From positions 14,384,001 through 14,448,000 of the forward strand of contig JBHGNT010000001.1 in assembly GCA_043228905.1 (NCBI GenBank): a DNA stretch of 64,000 nt, given 5' to 3'. Made by a program: the position numbers and the translations under genes. Each line of letters starts with the position of its first letter. Positions within the stretch are counted from its first letter, which is position 1. Origin of the DNA: Azolla caroliniana (taxonomy: Eukaryota; Plantae; Polypodiophyta). Shown here piece by piece: positions 1 to 13,183 of this stretch. A model generated the notes under the pieces. The model was not told where the DNA came from and did no database searches. It saw nothing but the letters and a program-made list of their open reading frames with translations.

Positions 1-81
1 TTTTATTTCCCGTTTTCTGTGTATGATCCTAAGCTCGGTTGTGGCCGAGCGTTGCGTATAGGGAGCGTTGAGTTCTCGACA
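1..81 (+). repeat. 3' (U5) end of a Tork-like copia LTR, cut by the window edge
   Basis: Contains CTCGGTTGTGGCCGAGC, the motif found near the 3' ends of the LTRs ending at 34370, 39147 and 62439, and ends in TCTCGACA. Confidence 0.6.
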
Positions 82-183
82 ATTCGTAGTGTACTTTGTA
101 CACTACGTAAAATATGTATGGAGTACCCGATTGACTAAGTATAAAGAAATAGGAGAAAATACTAAAATAATTATGTTACATAC

Positions 184-392
184 TGTTGAGAATCGAACTC
201 AACTTCCCATATAAATAGGTTTCACACTAGCTCATGGACATACCAGGCTAGTTTTGTAAATAGTAGAAAGGGTCCTTGCCCTAGTTTAGTTGGTATTTAA
301 ACCAACCATTTGTAACTTTGTTACTGCTAGATGTAATACATAGCTTTCTCATCTTAAGAATCTCTCTCTCAGTTTCGCATAAGTGCTCATAT

Positions 393-437
<45 letters not shown>

Positions 438-475
438 GTCCTAATGTTGCCTACAATCACTCTCCTTTCTTTTCA
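184..475 (+). repeat. 5' LTR of copia A
   Basis: TG...CA ends, (CA)n tract, directly followed by the PBS. Confidence 0.75.
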
Positions 476-487
476 TGGTATCAGAGC
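476..487 (+). promoter_or_regulatory. Primer-binding site (tRNA-iMet) of copia A
   Basis: TGGTATCAGAGC. Confidence 0.9.
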
Positions 488-577
488 GTGTGGTTTTCTG
501 ATCAAGACTAATCGACTATGGTGTTCTACATACTGACAATCAACAGAACCGGTTCAAGAAATGGAGAAGAAATCATC

Positions 578-1187
578 ATGAATACTCAGATGGGAAGCGT
601 TCTTCCTATGGAGAAGTTTGACAGGACAAACTTCGCATCTTGGGAGTAGAAGATGCATCAGTACCTTGTCGGACAAGGATACTAGAGCTATATTGAAGGA
701 GCTCACGAAACGCAACCCAACCCAACACACGCCGACTATCCTGTTTGGGAGCAGGCCGCAAGCCGTGTGTTGTATTGCCTTGCATCATGCATACATGATC
801 ACATGCTAGGCTATATTCGAGAGACGAAAACACTGAAAGAAGTGTGCGACAATCTCAAGAGGATCTTCATGGCCAATACGGCTACCCGCAAGCTCCAGCT
901 CCATCAGGAGTTGAATGACATTCAACAAAGGGACATGTCAATTGGTAGCTACGCCTTGAAGATGAAGGAGTTGTGTGATGCCCGTGGGTCGATCAATGTT
1001 GGCATTGAAGACGAAGAAATGGTGCAGATATGCCTCGGAGGCTTGGCACCTCGATTTAGCGCAATAAGGTCCGTCGTCCTCACAAGAGAGAATCCTCCCA
1101 CCTTTTTCGATCTCCAGTCAATATTGCTGGTCGAGGAAAATCACGTTTGACAAAGGAGCAACGCACCAGAGGGTCAGATGCTCTACT
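578..1187 (+). pseudogene. gag: copia A gag, 5' part, with stop codons
   Basis: MNTQMGS...ANTATRKLQLHQEL...FFDLQSILLVEENHV, homologous to the gag at 30258-29464. Confidence 0.85.
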
Positions 1188-1641
1188 TGTTGTCCAGAGT
1201 ACAGAAATGTAAAATTAGGAAATTAGCAGACGTCGAGTCCGAGTGTCACGGGCCACCAAGGGCTTGGCTGTGTGTAAGGGGAAAAGTTATTTAAACGAGG
1301 AACAATACCTCAGAAAGGGAGAGAAGAAAATTATAGGCGGAAGCACTAGCTTAGTCATTCGAATTAGATAAACTTGTAAGGTCACCGGCCATAGGCCGTG
1401 TTCTGTAATCCTTTCTGCCATAGTAATACATCTTATTTGTGCCTATTTTGGTTGCATGATTCTGTGTTTCGATCTATACCTATGAGTTTCACGCCGCCAC
1501 GTCTATCAAAACCTCGTTAGTGTTTTCTCTTTGAACCCTGTATCTCTCTCGACGCCTCTGTACGAGCCTTCACGTACCACGCCCTTGAAGACCGATAGTC
1601 GCAGATCTATCGAAGGTGTTCGCCCAAAGGAACGGGTAACA
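1188..1641 (+). repeat. 5' LTR of gypsy B
   Basis: TGTTGTCCAGAG...GGGTAACA, direct repeat of 16372-16825. Confidence 0.95.
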
Positions 1642-1646
1642 CAATT

Positions 1647-1659
1647 TGGCACGCCCGGT
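1647..1659 (+). promoter_or_regulatory. PBS of gypsy B, complementary to the tRNA-Arg(UCU) 3' end
   Basis: TGGCACGCCCGGT after a 5-nt spacer following the LTR; matches the reverse complement of the plant tRNA-Arg(UCU) end as I recall it (...CCCACCGGGCGTG+CCA). Confidence 0.8.
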
Positions 1660-1909
1660 TACAACTGTGAGTGCACAACGAACTTCGTTGAAGGTAACTA
1701 CCAGCCGCCGTTACGACGCCCTCTCGCACCACGAGGTCTCGGCCACCTGCCCGATGCCCTGAGCCTGTCGAAGGAACTTCCGACTCGGCGGTCACTGACC
1801 AATCCTTTCCCGATCAATCGGGGGCTTGTCCAGTGCAATCCTCGCCACCGGACACTCGATCGCGAGTGGATTCACCACTAGAGCCCCCGTCGAGCCCTCC
1901 GGAGGTCAA

Positions 1910-4900
1910 TCAACCGGAACCAAACCCTTTTCTGGTGCTACCAGAAGAACCACAATACAACATCATGCCGTACCCATACCCACGATATGCCGACGGACCT
2001 GACGCGGAGTGACACGTCCGTGCCTTCATATCCATGTGGCAGGCTAACCACTCCACGCACTGCCTCACACCAGCCGAAATCGATGCATCGAAGATTGCCG
2101 AGTTCACACTCTCCCTCGAGGGACCGGCCGCACGATGGTACTCTCGTCTCGAAATAGGAGAGGCCACCACTTTCCAAATCTTGCGCACAAAGTTCCTTGA
2201 ACTTTTTCATCGCGAGGTGCCTAAACGGGAACTGCTATGGCAATTCTTCTCTATATGCCAGGAACCGCACGAAACGGTCGCCCAGTTCACGATCCGGTTC
2301 CAGGACCTCTACAGACAAGTGGCCGATGATGTCTCGGCACAACATATACCAGACACTTTCCTATCCAGTTTACGAGAGCCTCTATGAACGACTCTCGCAC
2401 TTACAAATGTCGCCAACCAACTATCGAACAAGTCATAGCGCGCGTTCTCGCCCTCGATCGGAACCAACACGACACGGCCTTCTCGATGACATCCTTGCAA
2501 ACCACTCTTCCCCAAGAGGACAATCACTTTCGCCAAGCCCTCCAATGCACTGCGTGTTCAGGATCAGGGCACCTGGCCCTCGAATGTCCCCACTGACCAC
2601 AGTGTCCGATCTGTCAGTCTCGAGCTCACACGGTTGAGCAATGCGAATATAATATGCTGAACCGCACAACGGCAGCACCGGTCCGCCAGATCGAGCCACT
2701 CAATACATACTCTCGGCAGGACGAGCGATACATCTACCGCGACCAGGATAAGGACCAACCGCGATCCCCGGATCGATGGCGCCGAAACGACGACTACCAA
2801 CGTGATAATCACCGTGATTATTATCGCGATGACCGGCACGACGATTATGCTCGGTACGATGACGATCGCGATGATCGGTATGACCGAAGGAACTCACGCA
2901 TGGATCGGCGAAACGGCAATCGTAACACACGCAACAATAGAAAACCTAATCACAACCGCCGGCGGGACACTCCTCAACAGGACCAGCGCAACTCCAACAC
3001 ACCTCGGAACAACCCTTCACTAAACGAGACCGAGGATCCACAACAACAACTTCCACACACAGACCAAGCAGACACCAGCAGCTCGGCCAACGTGACATGT
3101 TTTAAATGTAACCAACCAGGCCACTACGCCACGCAATGTCTGACAACCAACCGTGGCAAGGCACCCGCGGTAAACAGTATCATGGCCGATGTGCAAATGG
3201 TCACTACCCGGAGTAAAGCACAGCCTACTCAGTGGCAAATCCAGGATGAAGTATGACAGGCAGCAAAAGAATGGGTCGACACGGCCAATAAAAATAATGC
3301 CGCACGCATGCAAACTGACATGAGGGACGGGCCCAGTGAAGTACCACACACCTCAGCCCCACCCACGTCGTCGGAGGACGACCAGCTATGGGATGTGCTT
3401 ACCAATTCCCGCATCTCGCTGCCCCTACATAAACTGCTACCACTCATGCTGAGATTTCGGGACACCCTGGCAGCACTACAGGCCAATACTAAGACCGAGA
3501 CACCACCGGTACACCTCACCGACGCAGGTACCGGTCCACCACTCATGGATTCTCAGAACCCAGCCGTGCGAATCATCATTAAGGGACAAGACCTACAAGG
3601 ATGCATCATCGACGGCGGGTCCGGTGTAAACGTTATTAGCGAATCAACGTGTCTCAAACTCGGCCTGAATCAATGGGAACCATGCCCCTTTTGGCTTCGG
3701 ATGGCTGACACCCGCTCCATTCGCCCCATTGGTTTAATCCGCCATCTCGACTTCACACTCGGAGGACACATGTTCACGATCTCGGCCGTCGTGCTACGAC
3801 TAGAGACACAAGGCGCCTACCCAATGTTACTAGGTCGATCGTGGTTACATACAGCGAATATCAAGCAACATTGGCAACGCAACATGATCTCATTCCGAAA
3901 AGGGAAGACAAAAGTCCGGATCATCACTGAAGAACGAGTCCCCGTCGCCCTCAACACTTCGCCGTTATATGCAGAAGGAGTCCATATGCTCGACGGATTG
4001 GCCGATGCGGAGGTCGATGACTTCCTAGATGATCATCCCACGATCATTCCTCTCTTCGAAATCAATGCCTTACCAACCATCGAGCCATATAAAGACGAGG
4101 GAGTCACGGAGGAGTCACCACCCCAGGATGAACCCGATGCAACCACAGTGGCCGAGCTACGTCATACTCGGGAGGCTTTCGAACGCGAACTCACCGTTTC
4201 ACAACGAGTGAAAGCATCAACCCTGGAAACAATAAACCTCGGTTCGGACGAGAATCCCCGTACGGTACAAATTGCCAATAATCTACCAACCGGCGAACGG
4301 GCATGCCTCATAAAATTACTCACCGACTACCAGGATGTTTTCGCTTGGTCTTACACCGATATGAAGGGGCTGGATCCTCAGTACTACCAACATCAAATTC
4401 ACATCTTACCCGACACTCGGCCGGTTCAGCAGAGGCGCTACAGGATGAACCCCAACTACGCTGCTAAAGTCAAAGAGGAAATTGACAAGTTACTCCGAGT
4501 GGGCTTCATTCGCCCTGTTAAACGGGCTACATGGTTGAGCCCGATCGTAGTGGTCCCAAAGAAGAACGGAAAAATCCGCGTCTGTGTCGACTATCGGAAG
4601 CTTAACACGACAACAGTCACCGACGGTTTCCCTCTCCCATTCACAGATAGCGTCCTCGACACGGTAGCCGGCCACCAATGCTACAGTTTCCTCGACGGGT
4701 TCAGCGATTATAACCAGATAAGAATGCACCCGAAGGATCAGGAGAAAACCGCTTTCGTCACGGAATGGGGTGTGTTTGTAGTAGAAGTTATGATGTTCGG
4801 TCTAAAAACAGCACCGACTACGTTCCAGCGCATCATCACTGAAATCTTTCATGACTACATTCCGGCGTTCATGCAAGTTTTTCTCGACGATTTCGCCGTG

Positions 4901-5018
4901 TATGGCCATTGACGGGAACACATGACCCAGTTACGACTTTGCCTGGACCGATGTCGCCAAGCTCGATTGAGTTTAAACCCGGCGAAATGCGCATTCTTAG
5001 TCACCAACAACAACCTTC
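1910..5018 (+). pseudogene. gypsy B gag-protease-RT, 5' part, with stops and a frameshift; start approximate
   Basis: Gag LSLEGPAARWY, CCHC knuckles, protease IIDGGSGVN, RT WLSPIVVVPKKNGKIRVCVDYRKLN and FLDD. Confidence 0.9.
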
Positions 5019-8000
5019 TGTTGGGGACAAAGGCCGTGTCGATGCGGAAGATCAAATAGCATTCGATTCTGTTTGAGTACCTGCGTATGACAGTTTGCAA
5101 GATCGTGCACAGAGACAGAGAGAGAGAGAGAGAGAGAGGCACAAAATGACTTTCTATTCAATAGAAACAATAATACAACCAACCTTACAAAAAGGTTACA
5201 AGGTCACTTTATATAGTGACCGACTTAGGTCAACTACCATTTATGCTAATTACACAAATGGCCCAAACTTGATCTATACAAAGAGATAGTGTGAATACGT
5301 CCATTATACACTTGTATTCGACACTCCCCCGTAATGGGCGTATACATGGGTTATCTAAGATTACAGGTATAAACCTAGGTTCTCGGACATATCAGTTTTG
5401 TTCGAGTCGGCAGGGTCCGAAGGCAGAAGACCGGACTGGTGGGTCGGAAGAGTTGAAGCCGATCATTAAGGAACTGATGTCGGTTGTCGGAAACCATCCT
5501 GCGTTGTGTCCGGCTCTAACCGGACTGATTTGTCGTTACGCCCATCTGATGCCGAAGGGACCGAAAGCGGTCTGCCGAAAGACACTTGGTCATTCCATCT
5601 GCGACATTGTCGGTTGTCGATATTTTCTCTAGACCGATTTTCCCTGAAATGACGCAGTCCCGAACGAAGTGATATCGAACGTCGATATGTTTGGAGGCGT
5701 TGTGGTGAACCGGATTTTTCGACAAGGCAACAGCACCTTGACTGTCGATGTAGACAACTGGGGCCGAGTCATGGTCGACTTGTCGAAACGTGTGCGCCAG
5801 CCGGCCGAGCCACAAAGCTTCTTTTGCAGCGTCGGACGCAGCTACATATTCTGCTTCGGTCGTTGAGGTCGCTGTGCACTCCTGAAGTTTCGACTTCCAC
5901 GAAATTGCTCCATTGCCGAATTTGAAGCAGTATCCAGTTGTTGATTTCCGACTGTCTATACAGCCGGCGAAGTCCGAGTCGGTGTAACCGACTACGCCTG
6001 AGGTTGAGTTTGGACCGAAAAGAATGCCGTGGTCTTTTGTGCCAGCCAGATATTTGAACACATGCTTGACTGCGTTCCAATGCGATCGGCCAGGATTGTG
6101 CATAAATCTGCTAACGACTCCTACGGCATGAGAAATATCAGGCCGTGTCGCGACCATCAGGTACATAAGGGAGCCGACTGCCGGTGCATACGGTACCGAC
6201 TTCATATCTTCCCCCTCCGGACCGGATGTCGGGCAGTCTCGCTGAGAGAGCCGAAGATTCATGGGGAGCGGGGTTGAAGCAGATTTGGCTGATTGCATGT
6301 TGAAGCGTTCCAAGACACGTCCGATATAGTCGGTCTGAGACAAAAAAAGATGTCGTTTATCGCGATGCCGACTAATCTTCATGCCGAGTATGTGTCGTGC
6401 CGGACCGAGGTCCTTCATGGCAAACTTCAACCGCAGTTGCCGAATGAGATCGGCAAGTTCGCCCGCGTGGCGTCCAGAAATTAGCATGTCGTCCACGTAA
6501 ATGATGAGGAAGATGGGTGATCCATCTTGAGCTGTGTTGGTAAAAAGACAATGGTCCTCATCGCTTTTTGAGAAGCCGATTGATTGGATGAAGTCGTCGA
6601 ACTTCTTGTACCATTGTCGCGGTGCCTGTTTGAGGCCGTATAGACTCTTCCTGAGTCGGCAGACTAGATGTTCTTGGCCAGGTGCAACGAAGCCTTTTGG
6701 CTGCTCCATATAAATTTCCTCTTCAAGATCACCATGGAGGAAGGCTGTTTTGACATCTAGCTGAATCAGCTCCAAGTTGTCGGCTGCCACTACGCCGAGT
6801 AGAAAACGAAGGGTTGTCATTTTCACCACTGGTGAAAAAATCTCGTCGAAGTCGACGCCATATTCTTGTCGGAAGCCCTTCGCAACTAATCTGGCCTTGT
6901 ACTTTGGGGTGGTCGAATCAGACGTCTCTTTTAGTCGATAAACCCACTTGCAAGGAAGAGCACGTCGATTCTTAGGTAATTCGACCAGATCCCAAGTCTT
7001 GTTTGCCCGAATGGAGTGCATTTCCGACTCCATCGCCAGATGCCAGGTGGCTGAATCGACAGATGTCGATGCTTCTTTGTAAGACGTCGGTTCGCCGGCG
7101 TCGGTGAAGAAAATTCCAGGAGAATACCTCTCCGGAGGTTGCGACAGTCTCTCGGATCGTCGAGGTATGATTGGACTGGTCGCATCGGGTATCGAGGTCG
7201 GATGGTCCGAAAGCGAATTATTCTGCTGTGCCGAGTCGGAGTTGTCCGAGTCGGTAGTGGAAGGTTCAGCTACCCGTGAAGCTGACCGTGTGTTAAGAGC
7301 GGGGCCTTCTTGAAGGGTCGGCACATCGGAAAATGTTACCCTTCGGACTTCGATCAGTTTTTCGACTGATGGATTCATAGCCGACTCGTTGAACACAACG
7401 TCCGAACTTCGAACGATTTGTCTGCGTTCGGGGTCCCAGAGTCGGTATCCCATTTCGCCGTCTAATCCATATCCAAGGAAAATGCATTTCCTGGACCGAG
7501 GTGCAAGTTTTCGGCGATCATCTTTCGGAATAAGGGCGTACGCCTCGCATCCGAAGATCCTCAGCTTGTCGTAATTCGGCTTACTGCCGATCCATAGTTC
7601 CTGAGGAATTTGAAGTCCTAGAGGTCTGCTTGGCGACATATTGATTATGTGTACTGCCGTGAGTAGAGCCTCTGCCCAGAAGCCATCCGACAGTCCGGAG
7701 TGTTGGAGCATGGAAACTATCCGTTCTTGAATTGTCCGATTCATGCGTTCTGCAATCCCGTTTTGCTCCGGACTGTGTGGTGCCGTAAATTCACGTCGGA
7801 TGCCGCGTTGTCGGCAGAATTTGACGAATTCTTCTGATTTGAACTCTCCCCCATTGTCGGTCCGAAAGCATTTCAGTTTTCGGTCAGTTTGATTTTCTAC
7901 CATAGCGAGCCAATCGGAGAAGATCGAGAAGACACGATCTTTGGTGCGAATTGGATAAGCCCACACCTTTCGAGTCGAATCGTCAATAAAACTGACGAAG

Positions 8001-10337
8001 TAAGAGGCACCGCCGAGAGACTGATGCGGCATTGGGCCGCAGACGTCCGAGTGGACTAAATCGAGAGGTCTCGTTTCTCTTGGTGCTGATGTCGGGTGTG
8101 ATGCGGCTGATTGTTTGCCATACTGGCAATGTTCGCAGAATTGATGGTCCGAGAAGGAGAGTTTAGGGATGTATCCGGCTCTGGATAGGTGCGTAATGCC
8201 GGCCTTGCTGAGGTGTCCTAATCTTCTGTGCCATAGTGATGACATAGGAATATCCACCAAAAACAGGTTACCCTCTCTGAGCGTAACATGTAACGGATAC
8301 AGTGAGTGTATCTTGGGTCCTCTAGCAAGCAGGAGGTTCCCCCTGTGGAGTGTCCACCCTCCCGAAGAAAAACCGGCACGAATGCCGTCTTCATCTAGTT
8401 GTCCGACTGAGATCAATGGCCTTGAGAGCTCGGGTACATGTCGGACATTGTGAAGTACAAGTGTAGAGCCACCTGCAAGGTTGAGCTCTACTGTGCCGAT
8501 TCCAATGATGTCACAGTGTTGCGAGTTGCCGACTCGAACTGAGTCGGAGTGACGGATCGTATATTGCCGAAATTGGGATCGATGAGGAGTCACGTGAAAT
8601 GACGCGCCCGAATCTAAGAGCCATGTGCTCGATTCTTCAGTCGTGAGCAGAACTTCTGATCCGACTGGATTTTCGATTGATAGTATATTCGGGTCGTTTG
8701 GTAGCACATCAGCTGAGAAGCTGACGTAATTGACCTCCTCATGCCGGCCACTCTTCTTGTCTGATTTCTGAGACTTGTCGTTCTTGTTCTTGAGTGCGCG
8801 GCAGTCGGCTTTGATGTGTCCGGGTTTCTTGCAATAGTTGCAGATTCGATTATCCCGTGACTGGCTCCGTCTTCGCTGATTGTTCGGCTGCCGTGAGGAA
8901 TCTCTTCCTCGTATGTTCGATCGGTCTGTCGAACCTTGTACTACATAAGCGTCGTCTGTTGAGTCTTTGGCGAAAGACTTTCTCCGAGCTGCTTCGGTCA
9001 GGATTGCGCTCGTGACTTCGGAGTATTTAACAACCGTGGTTGACGCGTTGCACACGGTTGTGACGAAAGTTTCCCATGATGAGGGAAGGCTGCTCATGAG
9101 TATCATTGCTCTGAGTTCATCCTCGATTGCCGTCCCCTGAGATGAGATTTGGGAGCTTATGCTTTCGTACTCATTGAGATGTGCTTGAACCGAATCGGAT
9201 TCTTTCATCCGCAAGTTGTAGAGGCGCCGGATCAGAAACATCTTCGTTGCGGCGACCTTCTTTTCGTAAGTGTCCGACAGTGTTTTCCACAGTTCGAATG
9301 CTGTCGTACACGATTGCACCGTAAAGTATACCGATTCCGATAGGTGCATCCGAATCGTGGCGCGGACGATTCTGTCCAGCTTCTGCCACTCAATTGGTTT
9401 GTATCCTTCTGGAGGTTCTTCATTTTCGATGGGATCGATTTGCCCCTTGACTATGAGATAGTCCTGCATTTGCTCTTTCCAGAAGTTGAAGTTCGATCCA
9501 TCGAACTTTCTAAGACTCATTTCTGACGAGCCGGATGTTGATGCCATCAAATTTGGTTTCGGTTGACGAAGCTCGGTTCGGAGTTGACTACGAACCTTGT
9601 TGGAGTGCAGCCGGTTGGCTCACCCGATATCGTTCTAGTCGGATTTGAACCCGAGTCGGTTCGGCTTCGGATATATGTGTTGTTGAACTTGCTTGAATTG
9701 ACTCCGGTAACTTGAGGGACAGAACCGACTGGTCTTCCCGAATGTTGCCGAGTCGGAGTGAGCCCGGTTCGCTTCCGAATATATATGCCAAATACCGATT
9801 ATTGAAACCGATTGTCTGGACCGATTCTGCTTCGGGTGACTGCAGCGACGAGAGAGACGGATTCAACTGATCCTCCCGAATGTCGATCAGCCGGATGAAG
9901 CACGAATTGGGGTTGTTGTCTTGAGACCGATCTGCACCGAGTGGTTACAATGAGCGGCGAGCAGCGTTTGATGACCTCTTCGGATGCCGTTTAACCGAGT
10001 GGAGCACGATCGTGTCAATGTTGCACAAGGGGATTTCACCTCGAGCGGTTACGATCACAAGGAACAGAGTACAACCGGCTGGCTTACTCCAAGCGAAGAT
10101 GATCTAACGCGATGAGATGCAAGCCTCGTTTTTTCTTTCTTCTTCTTCTCTCTTCTTCGAATGACGCAGGAAACCGAATGCTGTGCAGGCTGAGACGACG
10201 GCCAACAGCGAGTTGAAGGACCGAATACTGTGCAGGCTCTGATACCAGATGTTGGGGACAAAGGCCGTGTCGATGCGGAAGATCAAATAGCATTCGATTC
10301 TATTTGAGTACCTGCGTATGACAGTTTGCAAGATCGT

Positions 10338-10372
<35 letters not shown>

Positions 10373-10556
10373 CACAAAATGACTTTCTATTCAATAGAAA
10401 CAATAATACAACCAACCTTACAAAAAGGTTACAAGGTCACTTTATATAGTGACCGACTTAGGGCAACTACCATTTATGCTAATTACACAAATGGCCCAAA
10501 CTTGATCTATACAAAGAGATAGTGTGAATACGTCCATTATACACTTGTATTCGACA
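5019..10556 (-). mobile_element. Intact Tork/Tnt1-like copia element inserted in the RT of gypsy B
   Basis: LTRs 10250-10556 and 5019-5323 (about 3 substitutions plus a 2-bp GA indel), perfect TSD CCTTC, iMet PBS 10236-10247, PPT about 5324-5331. Confidence 0.97.
5516..9547 (-). CDS. copia Gag-Pol polyprotein, 1343 aa, uninterrupted
   Basis: KFDGSNFNFWK, CCHC knuckle, WLLDSGAS, HSDVCGP integrase, YVDDML RT, RNase H SKHIDVRYHF. Confidence 0.96.
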   Translation of the reverse strand: MASTSGSSEMSLRKFDGSNFNFWKEQMQDYLIVKGQIDPIENEEPPEGYKPIEWQKLDRIVRATIRMHLSESVYFTVQSCTTAFELWKTLSDTYEKKVAATKMFLIRRLYNLRMKESDSVQAHLNEYESISSQISSQGTAIEDELRAMILMSSLPSSWETFVTTVCNASTTVVKYSEVTSAILTEAARRKSFAKDSTDDAYVVQGSTDRSNIRGRDSSRQPNNQRRRSQSRDNRICNYCKKPGHIKADCRALKNKNDKSQKSDKKSGRHEEVNYVSFSADVLPNDPNILSIENPVGSEVLLTTEESSTWLLDSGASFHVTPHRSQFRQYTIRHSDSVRVGNSQHCDIIGIGTVELNLAGGSTLVLHNVRHVPELSRPLISVGQLDEDGIRAGFSSGGWTLHRGNLLLARGPKIHSLYPLHVTLREGNLFLVDIPMSSLWHRRLGHLSKAGITHLSRAGYIPKLSFSDHQFCEHCQYGKQSAASHPTSAPRETRPLDLVHSDVCGPMPHQSLGGASYFVSFIDDSTRKVWAYPIRTKDRVFSIFSDWLAMVENQTDRKLKCFRTDNGGEFKSEEFVKFCRQRGIRREFTAPHSPEQNGIAERMNRTIQERIVSMLQHSGLSDGFWAEALLTAVHIINMSPSRPLGLQIPQELWIGSKPNYDKLRIFGCEAYALIPKDDRRKLAPRSRKCIFLGYGLDGEMGYRLWDPERRQIVRSSDVVFNESAMNPSVEKLIEVRRVTFSDVPTLQEGPALNTRSASRVAEPSTTDSDNSDSAQQNNSLSDHPTSIPDATSPIIPRRSERLSQPPERYSPGIFFTDAGEPTSYKEASTSVDSATWHLAMESEMHSIRANKTWDLVELPKNRRALPCKWVYRLKETSDSTTPKYKARLVAKGFRQEYGVDFDEIFSPVVKMTTLRFLLGVVAADNLELIQLDVKTAFLHGDLEEEIYMEQPKGFVAPGQEHLVCRLRKSLYGLKQAPRQWYKKFDDFIQSIGFSKSDEDHCLFTNTAQDGSPIFLIIYVDDMLISGRHAGELADLIRQLRLKFAMKDLGPARHILGMKISRHRDKRHLFLSQTDYIGRVLERFNMQSAKSASTPLPMNLRLSQRDCPTSGPEGEDMKSVPYAPAVGSLMYLMVATRPDISHAVGVVSRFMHNPGRSHWNAVKHVFKYLAGTKDHGILFGPNSTSGVVGYTDSDFAGCIDSRKSTTGYCFKFGNGAISWKSKLQECTATSTTEAEYVAASDAAKEALWLGRLAHTFRQVDHDSAPVVYIDSQGAVALSKNPVHHNASKHIDVRYHFVRDCVISGKIGLEKISTTDNVADGMTKCLSADRFRSLRHQMGVTTNQSG

Positions 10557-10561
10557 CCTTC

Positions 10562-12642
10562 TCGGCCACATTGTTAGTCAAGAAGGCATTGCTATGGACC
10601 CGGATAAAGTAACGGCAATCCTAGAGGCCACCGCACCCTCGAACGCTAAGGCACTAAGCCGTTTTTTGGGACAGATCCGGTGGCACAGCCGAATGATACG
10701 ACACCTGACCGATTTCGCGACACCCTTACACGCGGCAGTCCATCGCCTTCCTTTCCAATGGACGTTAGTCGAGGACACGGCCTATCAGACCCTCAAACGA
10801 ATGCTATCACATGCCCCGGTGGTCCAGTCTCCGGTTTGGTCCGAATTGTTTCATGTCTTCGTAGATGCTTCAGACATCGCCATCGGAAGTGCCCTGATGC
10901 AATGCACACCCCCGAATTGGTATAGGCCCGTATACTACGCCAGCCGACGGCTCTCGCCCGCGGAAAAGAATTACTCCACCACCGAGCGGGAGGCTCTCGG
11001 TATGATTTATAGCATCAATAAATTTCGGCATTATCTCTTGGGCCGAAAGTTTACCTTTCACGTGGATCACTCGGCCCTTCTTTATTTGGTCAATAAACAA
11101 GCCCTCACCGGCTGGTTGGCTCGATGGATGCTCCTACTACAAGAGTTTGATTTTCAGATTCAGCATTGACCCGGGGTACAACATGCCGTCGCCGACTACT
11201 TGAGCCGTCTTGAGTCAGGAGAACCGGCGAAAACAACGTACGACGAGCCTACCGGACGCCAGCCTATTTAACCTGACCACGGTACCAGACGATAACGGAG
11301 ATGAATGGATCACAGAGATGACCCATTTTCTCACTACCGGTGTACCTCCCGAGCACATGACCCTTGACACGAGAAAACGCCTAGCAGTGCGGAGCCGGAA
11401 TTTTTGGCTCGTCTCGGACATTCTCTACCACAAAGGCTCGGACGGCATATGGTGCCGAGCGATTCGGCAGTTCGAGAAGAACGCTGTTCTTCAGGAAGCC
11501 CACCAGGGAGTATCTGAGGGACACTACGCCGGGGATTCTACGGCAAGGAATGTTTGGCAAAGTGGATTATGGTGGCCGACAACAAAGAAAGACGCTCACG
11601 AGTTTTGCCGGCAGTGCGATTTGTGTCAACGTCTGGGGCAACCAATGGAACAGTCACGGATGCCACACCAGCCGATTCTTCCGTTGGACCCATTTCAAAA
11701 ATGGGGTTTGGATTTTGTAGGTCCTTTCAAACCACCCGTGGCCTGAACAGGGAATCGATATATTATCGTGGCCACGGATTACTGCACCAAATGGGTCGAG
11801 GCTAAGGCACTCCGAGATAACACGGCGGCATCCACGGCTAAATTTGTGTACGAGCACCTCTGGTGCTGTTACGGATGTCCAATCGAGCTCGTTAGTGACT
11901 AAGGTGGGCACTTCATCAATCATATAATACGTGAGCTTACACACCACTACGCGGTGGTGCATAAGAAAAGCACATCATACTACCCACAGGCGAACGGTTT
12001 GGCAGAATCGACAAATAAAATCCTCCAAACCATACTGAAGAAGATCGTCAATGAAAACAGGACTGATTGGGATGACAAAATCCAGAGCGTGCTGTGGGCG
12101 TATCGTATGACCTTCAAAACAAGCATCCAATCAACCCCCTTTCAAATGGCGTTCGGGTTAGAAGTTGTAATGCTTGTCGAGTTCCAAGTCCCGAGCCTCA
12201 GAGTTCAAGTCAAAGCACGGCTCCCCTAGGCCGAATCCGAACAAAACCGGCTGGAACAACTCGAACTCGGGGAAGATTGGATAGAGAGTATGGCCCAGCT
12301 CGAACAACGCCAACGGCAACGCAAGGCTTTCATGGATCGACATCGACACGGGCTGGAGAAGGAGCTCACCATCGGCAAACCAGTCCTTCTTTTCCAAACA
12401 CGACTCGGGTCAATGCCGGGAAAATTAAGATTTCGATGGACCGTCCATTCTGGATTATCGATGAGTTCAACAGGACGTTCTTGCTCGGCACACTCGCCGG
12501 CGACACGGTCAAAAGCTGGGCCAATGGGTTTCGGCTTAGACCATATCGCGGGACTACACCACCCAACCCGTTTACCAAGCCACATGGCACCAACGAGACT
12601 CGGGAGATCACCACGGAGGACGCCACGGGTCCCCCTGAATAA
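10562..12642 (+). pseudogene. gypsy B RT end, RNase H and integrase, with stops
   Basis: FVDASDIAIG, NYSTTEREAL, HHCC region, WGLDFVGPF, YYPQANGLAE. Confidence 0.9.
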
Positions 12643-13183
12643 GGACTCACCCACCTTCTGGAAATTAATAAAAGTAGTAGTAGGTAGGATTAACCATAGT
12701 TTAGCCACTGTTTAGCTACACCTACACCACCCACCTAGGCACCCCAATTTTAGGAGCACCCCTCGCCACCACTCAGTTAGTACCTATTTAAACTGTTCAC
12801 ACATGCAAGGCACACTAGAAGCACCCCACTCACCTTCAGGACACGTGGTGCTAGTCACTTATTATGGCACCCACGACTCAGAATCTTCAGGATTCGCTGC
12901 AGGTACAAAAGCCTAGGAAGAAGTTACCAAAACCGTTTCCAAAACACATCACAGACCATTATCTCTCTCCATCTCCATTGCTCTCAAGATCAGAAACCCC
13001 ATCTTGCTCTCAACACACTAAACGCTCTTGCTCTCAAGCCCTCTTCCGCTCTCATAAACTCTTCCGCCCTCTTCCGCCCTCTTCTGCCCTCTTCCACTTC
13101 CTGCTGCTCCTGTGGTAGCTAGCCCTCACCTCATCACTTTGCTTCACGCTTCCACACAGTCGAACCCAGCTTCCATCTCCACT

